Positions 1 to 7,088 of a DNA stretch of 15,618 nt are shown here, one piece after another (position 1 is the first letter of the stretch; each line of letters starts with the position of its first letter). The notes below the pieces were generated by a model. That model did not search any database. It was not told the DNA's origin and saw only the letters and a program-made list of their open reading frames with translations. The translations under genes were made by a program, and so were the position numbers. This DNA comes from Bdellovibrionales bacterium (GTDB taxonomy: Bacteria; Bdellovibrionota; Bdellovibrionia; Bdellovibrionales; JAMPXM01), in contig JAYUEN010000217.1 in NCBI GenBank assembly GCA_043739185.1, positions 1-15,618 on the forward strand, read 5' to 3'.

Positions 1-1536
1 GCGATTTTTTCAGCGAGTGGTATGACCATTGAGTTTCCCGGATTTTTGCGGGCCTATGTTGAAGGCTCAGACGACGAGCAAGGATCACTCGATGAGCGCG
101 AAGTCAGGCTTCCTGAGCTTAAAGTAGGCGATATTATCAAATGCCAAAAACTTGAGGTCAGTGAGCATGAAACCAAACCGCCAGCTCGTTATACAGATGC
201 GAGTCTCGTTCAAACAATGGAGAAAGAAGGCATTGGACGTCCTTCGACCTATGCGACAGTGATCAGCACGATCATTGATCGTGGCTACGCAAGAAGAATG
301 GCAAATGCATTGACGCCAACTTTTACGGCCATGGTCGTTGCTAAACTTTTGCAACAACATCTTCCGCAATATGTTGATTTGGGATTTACCTCATCGATGG
401 AGAAGTCACTTGATGATATTGCAGATGGCGATTTAGATGAAAAGAAATATTTGAAGAGTGTCTATTTTGGAGAAAAGGGCTTGCTCAAACAAGTCGAATC
501 TCAAGAGAAGAAAATTGATCCTGATGAGGCGCGCTCGATTACTCTAGAGGGCTTAAAGGGATTGAGTTTTCGAGTCGGTCGCTTCGGAGCTTATGTGAGT
601 GTGATGCAAAAAAATGGTGAAGAAGTGAGTGCTTCTTTGCCAGAGGCGCAGTCACCGGCCGATATCACACGAGAAATCGTCGACAAACTCATTGATCAAA
701 AGATCAATGGTTCAGATGCGCTCGGTATTGATCCCGTAACAAAACTGAAAATTTATGTTTTGACCGGAAGATATGGTCCCTATGTGCAATTGGGCGAATC
801 AACAGGGGCCGATGCAAAGCCCAAACGTGTGAGCATTCCACCCCAGATGCCCGTTGAAAGCGTGGGTCTTGCTCAAGCAAAAGAATTATTACAGCTGCCA
901 AAAACCTTGGGAGTTCACCCTGGTACGAGCAAAGAAGTAAAAGCAGGACTCGGAAGATTTGGCCCCTACATTGTTCATGACGGAGATTTTAGATCGATTC
1001 CAAAAACCGACAATCTTTTTGAAATTAAATTGGATCGAGCACTCGAACTGCTCGCCCAACCTAAAAAAGGGCGAGGAAAATCTGCTCCCATAAAAGAACT
1101 TGGGAAGCATCCTGAGACAGGTGATGAAGTTCAAGTCTATAGTGGCAAATATGGCCCTTATATTAAGACCGGAAAATTGAATGTTTCAGTCCCTGAAAAT
1201 ACCAAACCTGAAGACGTCACTCTTGCACAAGCCATAGAATTATTGGCGAGTAAAATAAGTGAGGCCGGCACAAAAAAATCAAAAGCAAAACCAAAAAAGG
1301 CCTCAGCTCCTAAACCCGCAGTAACAAAAGAAGAGCCAAAACCCAAAGCGCCACCCAAGTTCGTCGCGAAAAAAGCTGCAAAAACTTCTGCAAAATCTAC
1401 GGAAAAGCCTAAGTCAGTTATGGTAATAGCTAAACCAAATAAACCAAAGGTCGCCGTCGCAAATTCGACTGAGGCAAAAGAAGTTTCATCAAAGAAACCA
1501 AACAAAGCCCAACCCGCAAGACTCAATAAGAGATAA
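1..1536 (+). CDS. topA: DNA topoisomerase I (type IA), 5'-truncated by the window edge; C-terminal Topo_C repeats and Lys/Ala/Pro-rich tail
   Basis: Frame is open from base 1 (AIFSASGMTIEFPGFLRAY), so ATG 22 is internal. Type IA motifs: HETKPPARYTDASLVQTMEKEGIGRPSTYATVISTIIDRGY and FTSSMEKSLDDIADG. Four G(R/K)(F/Y)G(P/A)Y(V/I) repeats follow. Stop TAA 1534-1536. Confidence 0.97.
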   Translation, partial: AIFSASGMTIEFPGFLRAYVEGSDDEQGSLDEREVRLPELKVGDIIKCQKLEVSEHETKPPARYTDASLVQTMEKEGIGRPSTYATVISTIIDRGYARRMANALTPTFTAMVVAKLLQQHLPQYVDLGFTSSMEKSLDDIADGDLDEKKYLKSVYFGEKGLLKQVESQEKKIDPDEARSITLEGLKGLSFRVGRFGAYVSVMQKNGEEVSASLPEAQSPADITREIVDKLIDQKINGSDALGIDPVTKLKIYVLTGRYGPYVQLGESTGADAKPKRVSIPPQMPVESVGLAQAKELLQLPKTLGVHPGTSKEVKAGLGRFGPYIVHDGDFRSIPKTDNLFEIKLDRALELLAQPKKGRGKSAPIKELGKHPETGDEVQVYSGKYGPYIKTGKLNVSVPENTKPEDVTLAQAIELLASKISEAGTKKSKAKPKKASAPKPAVTKEEPKPKAPPKFVAKKAAKTSAKSTEKPKSVMVIAKPNKPKVAVANSTEAKEVSSKKPNKAQPARLNKR

Positions 1537-1566
1537 ATTTGGACACTACAGAGATTGAATCGGCAT

Positions 1567-1629
1567 CAGCAACTGAAAAAGTTCAGTAGCTGTTCGTTTT
1601 CCCCCAACCTTGAGTTGGGGGAAAACGAA
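1567..1629. repeat. Two abutting hairpins downstream of topA (possible terminator, RNA-stability element or REP-like palindrome)
   Basis: 1567-1592 CAGC-A-ACTGAA/AAAG/TTCAGT-A-GCTG, immediately followed by a perfect 16-bp stem 1593-1608 TTCGTTTTCCCCCAAC / loop CTTGA / 1614-1629 GTTGGGGGAAAACGAA. No U-tract on either strand. Confidence 0.75.
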
Positions 1630-1754
1630 GTTAACCAATACGGACTAACTGAAACCGAAACCGCCAAGCGGAAAACGGCTGCGGCTGCCCGAAAACTGAT
1701 TGTATAAAAGCTAAAATGAACAACGGCTGAGTCCAAGATCTCCCCGCGGCCGCT

Positions 1755-1777
1755 CTAAAATGTGACATTTTAGGACA
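1755..1777. promoter_or_regulatory. Palindromic operator / candidate enhancer-binding-protein site (UAS)
   Basis: Perfect 9-1-9 palindrome CTAAAATGT-G-ACATTTTAG (1755-1773) overlapping TGT-N11-ACA (1761-1777), about 85-105 bp upstream of the start site predicted from the sigma-54 motif at 1835. Confidence 0.55.
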
Positions 1778-1834
1778 CAGTGCCTTTTTTAAACGCCTAT
1801 AAGGGCCTCAAGTTTAAGTGAATTGCCATTCTCA

Positions 1835-1850
1835 TGGCATGATTGATGCT
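1835..1850 (+). promoter_or_regulatory. Sigma-54 (RpoN) -24/-12 promoter
   Basis: TGGCATGATTGATGCT: GG (1836-1837)-N10-GC (1848-1849), close to consensus TGGCACG-N4-TTGCW. Intergenic and upstream of the GGGGAGG RBS and ATG 1895. Confidence 0.7.
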
Positions 1851-1894
1851 CTTTAAATCCCTGAGATTTTAGGTACTAATCTGGGGAGGTTCGT

Positions 1895-2440
1895 ATGAAA
1901 TGGCATCTTGGGGTGGTGGTTTTATTGGTGTTTATTGGCGGCAGTACAGTGAATGCACTTCCAAAAAAGGCGCTGAACTTCATGGGAGAGTACAGCCAAA
2001 AAACTGGGATTAGCTTTACTGGTGCTGAGGATAAAACGACTTGTTTGAATGAAGTAAGTGATGATGATTGGACTTCAAATTTATGTTTCGAAAGGACTAT
2101 CAACAAAGTGATTATTTCAAAAGTGAGTGATTTGAAAGACACCTACTTCGCACAGATTTCAATTATCGGCGGAAATATTCATACTTGTGATTTTAGCGGA
2201 GAGATGATTTTGAAAGCGAATAAATTGGTTTATGAAGATGTGATTCCTGATGAGAAAGATATTTGCAAAATTGAAATCGATTCAGTAGGAAATGGCATAA
2301 AGGTAAGCGCAGGAGATACTTGCAATCAGTATTATTGTGGATTTGGATTAACACTTTCAGGAACGAATCAGGCATTTGAACGCACCAGCTCAGGACAAGA
2401 AATTTCTCACTTAACAGCAGTTAAACGTGAGCGAGAATAG
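1895..2440 (+). CDS. Secreted/periplasmic Cys-rich hypothetical protein (181 aa)
   Basis: Strong RBS GGGGAGG; Sec-type signal peptide MKWHLGVVVLLVFIGGSTVNA|; six Cys in the mature region; GGNIHTCDFSG and CNQYYCG motifs. Confidence 0.85.
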   Translation: MKWHLGVVVLLVFIGGSTVNALPKKALNFMGEYSQKTGISFTGAEDKTTCLNEVSDDDWTSNLCFERTINKVIISKVSDLKDTYFAQISIIGGNIHTCDFSGEMILKANKLVYEDVIPDEKDICKIEIDSVGNGIKVSAGDTCNQYYCGFGLTLSGTNQAFERTSSGQEISHLTAVKRERE

Positions 2441-2449
2441 GATTATTTT

Positions 2450-2920
2450 ATGAAGTTGTTCTTTGGAATTTTGTGTTTGCTGGCTTTGGGACGGATTGAA
2501 ACTGCCACGGCTGCAATGCGAGGGCGAGTGGACCCTTGTCAGGCAGTCATTTCAAGATTGGCAATTCAGTACAATGCCAGCTGCATTATGAATCAAATCG
2601 AACAGAATTTTAGTATTAGAGCGCGTATAGTTAATGAGCCTTTGCAGTCAGGCGTTAGCATCAATTTTGATTCGCAAGCATCGGATCAAGCTCAGAGTAT
2701 TGCGAAAATCATGGTGCAGCCGAGCCCTGATGAAGATAAGCAAATTTCAGATTTTTCTGTAGCCTGTCGGGCTGACGCGATCGAAGTCTCCTTTGCTTCA
2801 AATGGCCAGAAATTGGGACGAAACCTGCAAATTCAAGGAGATGGGAGCTTAAAGTTCACCTCCTCTGGCGATAGCGATTTGCTCTGCATTTTGCGTGATA
2901 GTTCAGTTTCAGATCAGTAG
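2450..2920 (+). CDS. Secreted hypothetical protein (156 aa)
   Basis: Starts 9 nt after the upstream stop with an AGGA RBS; signal peptide MKLFFGILCLLALGRIETATA|; four Cys in the mature part; ends TAG TAA. Confidence 0.82.
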   Translation: MKLFFGILCLLALGRIETATAAMRGRVDPCQAVISRLAIQYNASCIMNQIEQNFSIRARIVNEPLQSGVSINFDSQASDQAQSIAKIMVQPSPDEDKQISDFSVACRADAIEVSFASNGQKLGRNLQIQGDGSLKFTSSGDSDLLCILRDSSVSDQ

Positions 2921-3019
2921 TAAGCTTTCAAAAAGTAAAAAATTCATAAATAGAGAACGCAAAGCGACCAGCTTCCTTAGCGATAAACCATCAAATTCAA
3001 ATGATTTTTATCAAAAAAT

Positions 3020-4042
3020 ATGTTAGAATCCGCGGATCTCAAATTTGACTTTTTAAGAAGTGAGTTCCGAGTGATAACCGAAAAATTTAATTTTGCAAAA
3101 GGCTTGCGCCCACTCCGCACTAGACTTGCCGCCAATCAACGCGCGAAATTTTTTGGACAACTTGAACTTCCGATTGAGAGAAAAACCGAACGCGATCGCA
3201 ATGCTGATCTCGGTGGTCGAAGCTTTTACTTTTTCGACTTTGATGACAATGTCGCGTTTTTAACAACTCCAAGTTTTATCTTTCACAAAGAGACCGATCA
3301 AGAGTTGAAGTTATCGAGCGGTGAATTTGCTCAGGTTCACCGAAACGTAGGAAAGTCTGGTCCCTACAAAAACTACCGGATTGATTTCAACGAACAAACC
3401 GGAACCTTTCGAAATTTTCGAGACAAAGATTTGACCTGGGTTGAAAAGCTTGTTGGGAAAAAACAGTCTTTTGTTGAAGACTTAGCGGCTGCCTTAGGAT
3501 TTCCTGATTTTCAGTGGAAGGGACCTTCCTGGAACTGCTTTCATCATGCAGCCCTCAATCAAAGACCTATGGCCATAATCACGGCTAGGGGCCATTCTCC
3601 AGAGACGATCAAAGAGGGAATTTCGCTTTTTGTAAAAGAAGGCTTTCTCCCAATGGAGCCCAATTACCTGGCCGTATATCCTGTTTCAAATAAAGAAGTC
3701 AGGTATAAGCTGGGTGATCCAAGATTTATTTTAAGCACTGCGGAGTTAAAGCGTGCTGCGATACGAATGGCGGTAGAGCAGGCCATTGAGAAATATGGAT
3801 ATAGCCCGCATCATCGATTTGGAATGTCAGACGATGACCCTCACAATATTGAATTGATAACCAATGAAATGAAGCTCCTAAAAACCAATTATCCTGAGAT
3901 GAGTTTTTTCATTATTGAAACTCATAATGGGCAAGCTACGAAGTGGGAAGTTTATCACGATCGCGCAGAGGCAAGTATGTGCGCCGACGTCTCGAATGCG
4001 ACCAATGTCGAGTTTTTTGAACAACTTTCGATGAGCCTATAA
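3020..4042 (+). CDS. HAD-superfamily phosphatase-like protein
   Basis: HAD motif I-like FFDFDDN (DxD from 3236), motif II-like IITARG, motif IV-like GMSDDD. Start is uncertain: ATG 3020 has no RBS and overlaps an extended -10-like TGnTAGAAT (3021-3029), so GTG 3071 is a plausible alternative. Confidence 0.75.
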   Translation: MLESADLKFDFLRSEFRVITEKFNFAKGLRPLRTRLAANQRAKFFGQLELPIERKTERDRNADLGGRSFYFFDFDDNVAFLTTPSFIFHKETDQELKLSSGEFAQVHRNVGKSGPYKNYRIDFNEQTGTFRNFRDKDLTWVEKLVGKKQSFVEDLAAALGFPDFQWKGPSWNCFHHAALNQRPMAIITARGHSPETIKEGISLFVKEGFLPMEPNYLAVYPVSNKEVRYKLGDPRFILSTAELKRAAIRMAVEQAIEKYGYSPHHRFGMSDDDPHNIELITNEMKLLKTNYPEMSFFIIETHNGQATKWEVYHDRAEASMCADVSNATNVEFFEQLSMSL

Positions 4043-4182
4043 ATTTGAGTTATCAGTTTGAGACGATCCCCAAGCTCAAATCAAAAATAAACCAAGTCCG
4101 TGACAAACGACGGGCCGTTTCAAAACCTCTGTAATAAACAAGTATACAATAAGTAAAAGTCGAGTCATTTGCTTGAAAGTTT

Positions 4183-4210
4183 TTGCGCATTATTACCGAT
4201 AGCTTATGAT
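4183..4210 (+). promoter_or_regulatory. Candidate promoter for the S41 protease (sigma-70-like, with an overlapping sigma-28-like CCGATA)
   Basis: TTGCGC-N16-TATGAT. The spacer contains ACCGATAG, preceded upstream by GAAAG, which resembles a FliA-type promoter. The two readings cannot be separated from sequence alone. Confidence 0.3.
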
Positions 4211-4268
4211 AAGAATGACCCGATTAGTTCCCATCAAATGAGTTTTGTCCGCAGCTCGAAAGGCAAAA

Positions 4269-6428
4269 ATGAAAAACAATAAATTTATCAATATGAATTC
4301 AGCACTACTTGCAGCCGCGCTGCTTTTGACTCCACAGCCGGGGTTTTCTCAAATGCCTAAGCCGGCTCAAAAACCTCCGGGCCTTCAATGTCTTCATATT
4401 GATGCTATCGAACGGGCTTATTTGAATTCACATATAAGTTTTGGAAGTTTGACTCCACAACTTGAGACACGAACTATCGAGCAATATATCAAGAGAGTCG
4501 ATGGCGCCAAAATTTATTTTCAGAAATCAGATATTGAACAAATTAAAAAAACCATTATGGCTGGCGTATTTTCAAAAATCAAAGAGCGCAATTGCAAAGC
4601 CATCGAAGAAGTTCAAGCACTTTTACAAAAACGCGTAGAAGAAAGAGTTAAATTCGCGACCGAGACCCTTGCAAAAAAAGACTGGAAGTTTGAGCCCAAG
4701 ACTGAATTGATGCTCGATCCAGAAGGCCGAGAATTTGCTAAGACCAAGGCGGACGCTGATAAATTTCAGCTCAAGTATATTCAATTTCAGGTTTCAAACT
4801 ATCTTGCCACCGGAGAACCCGATATAAAAAACACCGGTAAGGGTTCGGAAGATGGAGAAGGTAGCGAACCTAAAAAGAGCTATACGAATCCTTCATCAAA
4901 AAGTCTTGAAGAGGCCAAGGGCAATGTGGCCCGCAATTACGAACGCCAACTTAAAAAATTATCAGAGCTCAGTAAAGACGACATTTATGCAGGCTACTTA
5001 GATTCTTTTGCCCGTGCTCTTGATCCACATTCTAGTTATTTTTCTTCGGATTACTATGAAGATTTTAATATTCAAATGGGTTTAAAACTCGAGGGAATTG
5101 GTGCAACCTTGAGTTCACAAGATGGCTTCACAGTCGTTGAGCAACTTATTTCAGGGGGCGCTGCAAAAGAGTCAGGACTTATTCAACCCCAGGATAAAAT
5201 CGTAGCCGTTGGTCAATTCAAAGAAACCGGAGAGACCGATAAAATGGTAAATGTGGTTGAAATGGATTTGCGAGATGTGGTGCGCTTGATTCGTGGTCCA
5301 AAAGGTACCAAGGTGCAACTTACAATTCTTCGTCGCGGAGCTGATGGCAAAGAGCGTTTCAATGTAACCCTCAATCGCGCACAGATAAAACTTGAAGATG
5401 ATGCCGCTTCGATTTCATATATCGATAAAGAAGTTGGTGGTCAGAAGAAAAAAATCGCAATCTTGAATCTTCCTTCGTTTTACTCAGACTCAAAACCAGG
5501 TGGACGATCAGCCGCAAGCGATATGAAAGTCCTATTAAAGGAAGCGCGTGAGAAAAAAGCCGATGCGCTCATTTTAGATCTGTCAAACGATGGTGGCGGA
5601 AGTTTAGAAGATGCCGTTAAAATTGCGGGCTTTTTCTTTAAAACCGGAAATGTTGTTAAACAATCTACCCACACTGCTGAAGATGAAATTTTATTTAAAG
5701 ACAAAGATTCGGATGTCGATTGGGATGGCCCAGCTTTAGTTCTCACTAGCCGCATATCAGCGAGTGCATCTGAAATTGTGGCCGCCACATTAAAGGATTA
5801 TCAAAGAGCCGTTATTGTTGGTGGAGACCACACATTTGGCAAAGGAACGGTTCAGTCGGTTATGCCAATTCCGACCGGCTTGGGTGCTTTGAAAGTTACA
5901 GTCGGAATGTTTTATACACCCGGTGGATTTTCAACACAGCATCGTGGAGTCGAAGCGGATGTTCAACTTCCGGGAATATTTTCAACCGATGAAATTGGCG
6001 AACAGTTTTTGGATTATTCGTTGCCTAAATCACAAGTGAAGCCCTTCTTGTCTGAAGAAGCTTATGTTACCACTGGTCCTGGTGCTTGGAAACGAGTCGA
6101 GAAACCTGTTCTCGAATATTTGAAGAAGCAAAGCGAAACTCGGGTTGCTAAAAGCACAGAGTTTCAAAAAATCAAAACCGATTTAAAAAAGGCAAAGGAT
6201 CGCGGTAAAATTATAAAATTGTCTGAAGCCTTAAAAGATACGAAAGAAAAGAAATCTGAGAAAGATAAGAAAAAAGAAGAGAACAAAGACGAAAAAATCG
6301 CGGATTACTTAAAACGCGCTGATATTCAAGAGGCCGCAAATGTTGCGGTTGATTTGATTGAGGCGAGTGCGAAGCCCAGTATCATTCTCAGCGGAAAAGC
6401 CCAAAAAGACTTCTCCGCCCACGAGTAG
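4269..6428 (+). CDS. prc: Carboxyl-terminal processing / tail-specific protease (S41A, Prc/Tsp-like) with PDZ domain
   Basis: ALDPHSSYF, EGIGATL, PDZ region (VRLIRGPKGTKVQLTI), DLSNDGGGSL, catalytic SASASEI and TFGKGTVQ; N-terminal signal peptide. ATG 4269 (AAAGG upstream) is preferred over TTG 4245; ATG 4293 is also possible. Confidence 0.93.
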   Translation: MKNNKFINMNSALLAAALLLTPQPGFSQMPKPAQKPPGLQCLHIDAIERAYLNSHISFGSLTPQLETRTIEQYIKRVDGAKIYFQKSDIEQIKKTIMAGVFSKIKERNCKAIEEVQALLQKRVEERVKFATETLAKKDWKFEPKTELMLDPEGREFAKTKADADKFQLKYIQFQVSNYLATGEPDIKNTGKGSEDGEGSEPKKSYTNPSSKSLEEAKGNVARNYERQLKKLSELSKDDIYAGYLDSFARALDPHSSYFSSDYYEDFNIQMGLKLEGIGATLSSQDGFTVVEQLISGGAAKESGLIQPQDKIVAVGQFKETGETDKMVNVVEMDLRDVVRLIRGPKGTKVQLTILRRGADGKERFNVTLNRAQIKLEDDAASISYIDKEVGGQKKKIAILNLPSFYSDSKPGGRSAASDMKVLLKEAREKKADALILDLSNDGGGSLEDAVKIAGFFFKTGNVVKQSTHTAEDEILFKDKDSDVDWDGPALVLTSRISASASEIVAATLKDYQRAVIVGGDHTFGKGTVQSVMPIPTGLGALKVTVGMFYTPGGFSTQHRGVEADVQLPGIFSTDEIGEQFLDYSLPKSQVKPFLSEEAYVTTGPGAWKRVEKPVLEYLKKQSETRVAKSTEFQKIKTDLKKAKDRGKIIKLSEALKDTKEKKSEKDKKKEENKDEKIADYLKRADIQEAANVAVDLIEASAKPSIILSGKAQKDFSAHE

Positions 6429-6434
6429 GCGCGG

Positions 6435-6554
6435 TTGCCTTCGAGATTGAGCCCACTCTTCGTTGTCGTTCGTTCGTTTTCCCTGCGCCGTAGAGGAACT
6501 ACGGCTCGGTCTCCTCACTCTCTCCGCCTCGATTGGACTCAATCTCGAAGGCAA
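6435..6554. repeat. 120-bp palindromic intergenic element (ERIC/MITE-like)
   Basis: Perfect 17-bp terminal inverted repeat TTGCCTTCGAGATTGAG (6435-6451 / 6538-6554), extending to 22 of 24 bp; central hairpin GCCGTAG-AGGAA-CTACGGC (6487-6505); pyrimidine-rich spacers. Confidence 0.8.
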
Positions 6555-6571
6555 TAATTTGGGGGAAAATA

Positions 6572-6952
6572 TTGAGAAGTTTAGCCTTAACTTTATTGTT
6601 GTTTTCGGCGGGTTCGCAGGCGGGGACGCTTACTAAGGAGCAGCTGCAAGCAGAAGTTAGACAGCATTTGCGAGAGGTGAATAGGTGTTTTGAGGAACGT
6701 ATTAGGCGGATGCCCGGAAGTAAGGGGACACTCGTGATTGAATGGAGTGTTGATGAATTGGGGGCCGCAACCAAAATAAATATTGTGGCGGCGAAAACCA
6801 CATTGCAAGGTGCGCCGACGAGTGCCATTAAATCCTGCATTGTCGATTTGTTTAAGGCCTGGCTATTTTCAAGAGCTCCTAAGGGAGAAGAGGTGTCTGC
6901 GTCTTTTACCTTTAAGTTTTCAGATCATCCGCCATTTTTGATTTCAAAATAA
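6572..6952 (+). CDS. Secreted AgmX/PglI C-terminal (TonB-C-like) domain protein (126 aa)
   Basis: TTG 6572 follows a GGGGGA RBS and yields a signal peptide (MRSLALTLLLFSAGSQA|); the track start at 6533 lies inside the palindrome. Pattern L..EQL..EVR.H..EV..CFE...R.P...G.L.IEW.V...G ... CI......W.F..P.....V...F.F matches the family as I recall it. Confidence 0.8.
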   Translation: MRSLALTLLLFSAGSQAGTLTKEQLQAEVRQHLREVNRCFEERIRRMPGSKGTLVIEWSVDELGAATKINIVAAKTTLQGAPTSAIKSCIVDLFKAWLFSRAPKGEEVSASFTFKFSDHPPFLISK

Positions 6953-7088
6953 TTAAAAACTGGGCTCTGTCACCGCCATCTGAGTCCGGTTTGCCAGACC
7001 CCTGATGTTTCCCAGATTTTGTCGACTTTTTTGTTTAAAATGCAGCAACTTGATGACAGTTTTAAAAAGATGAATTACCAATTAATTT

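Noticed and set aside
85..1526. Minus-strand ORFs inside topA, including the hydrophobic 122-aa ORF 1158-1526
   Set aside because: Antisense shadows. The Phe/Leu/Gly richness is just the complement of Lys/Pro codons in the TopA tail.
1537..1707. The topA frame stays open for 56 codons after the TAA stop (IWTLQRLNRHQ...AAAARKLIV), suggesting read-through or a small ORF
   Set aside because: UAA is rarely read through, there is no clear RBS/start pair, the peptide has no recognisable motif, and an open stretch of this length can arise by chance.
1539..1736. Retron msr/msd-like or CRISPR-like reading of the hairpin region
   Set aside because: No reverse transcriptase or cas gene in the window, terminal complementarity is only 6 bp, and there are no regularly spaced direct repeats.
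2950..3012. ACGCAAAGC word (c-di-GMP-I riboswitch-like) and an AT-rich imperfect palindrome GATAAA..ATCA/TGAT..TTTATC
   Set aside because: The upstream GGCAAAC-stem-GNRA element is missing; the palindrome is bulged and lies in very AT-rich sequence.
4096..4120. Possible terminator hairpin after the HAD-like gene
   Set aside because: Only a 6-bp stem with a G-U pair, a competing alternative pairing and no proper U-tract.
6309..6840. Minus-strand ORFs 6309-6554, 6499-6840 and 6593-6808
   Set aside because: They overlap better-supported plus-strand genes or the palindromic element and show no protein-family features.
6960..7015. Minus-strand GGCAAACCG...CGGTGAC resembling a c-di-GMP-I (GEMM) riboswitch, within an imperfect stem-loop
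   Set aside because: Lacks the GNRA loop, the GCAAAG junction and the second stem, and no gene lies downstream on that strand. At most a weak hairpin.
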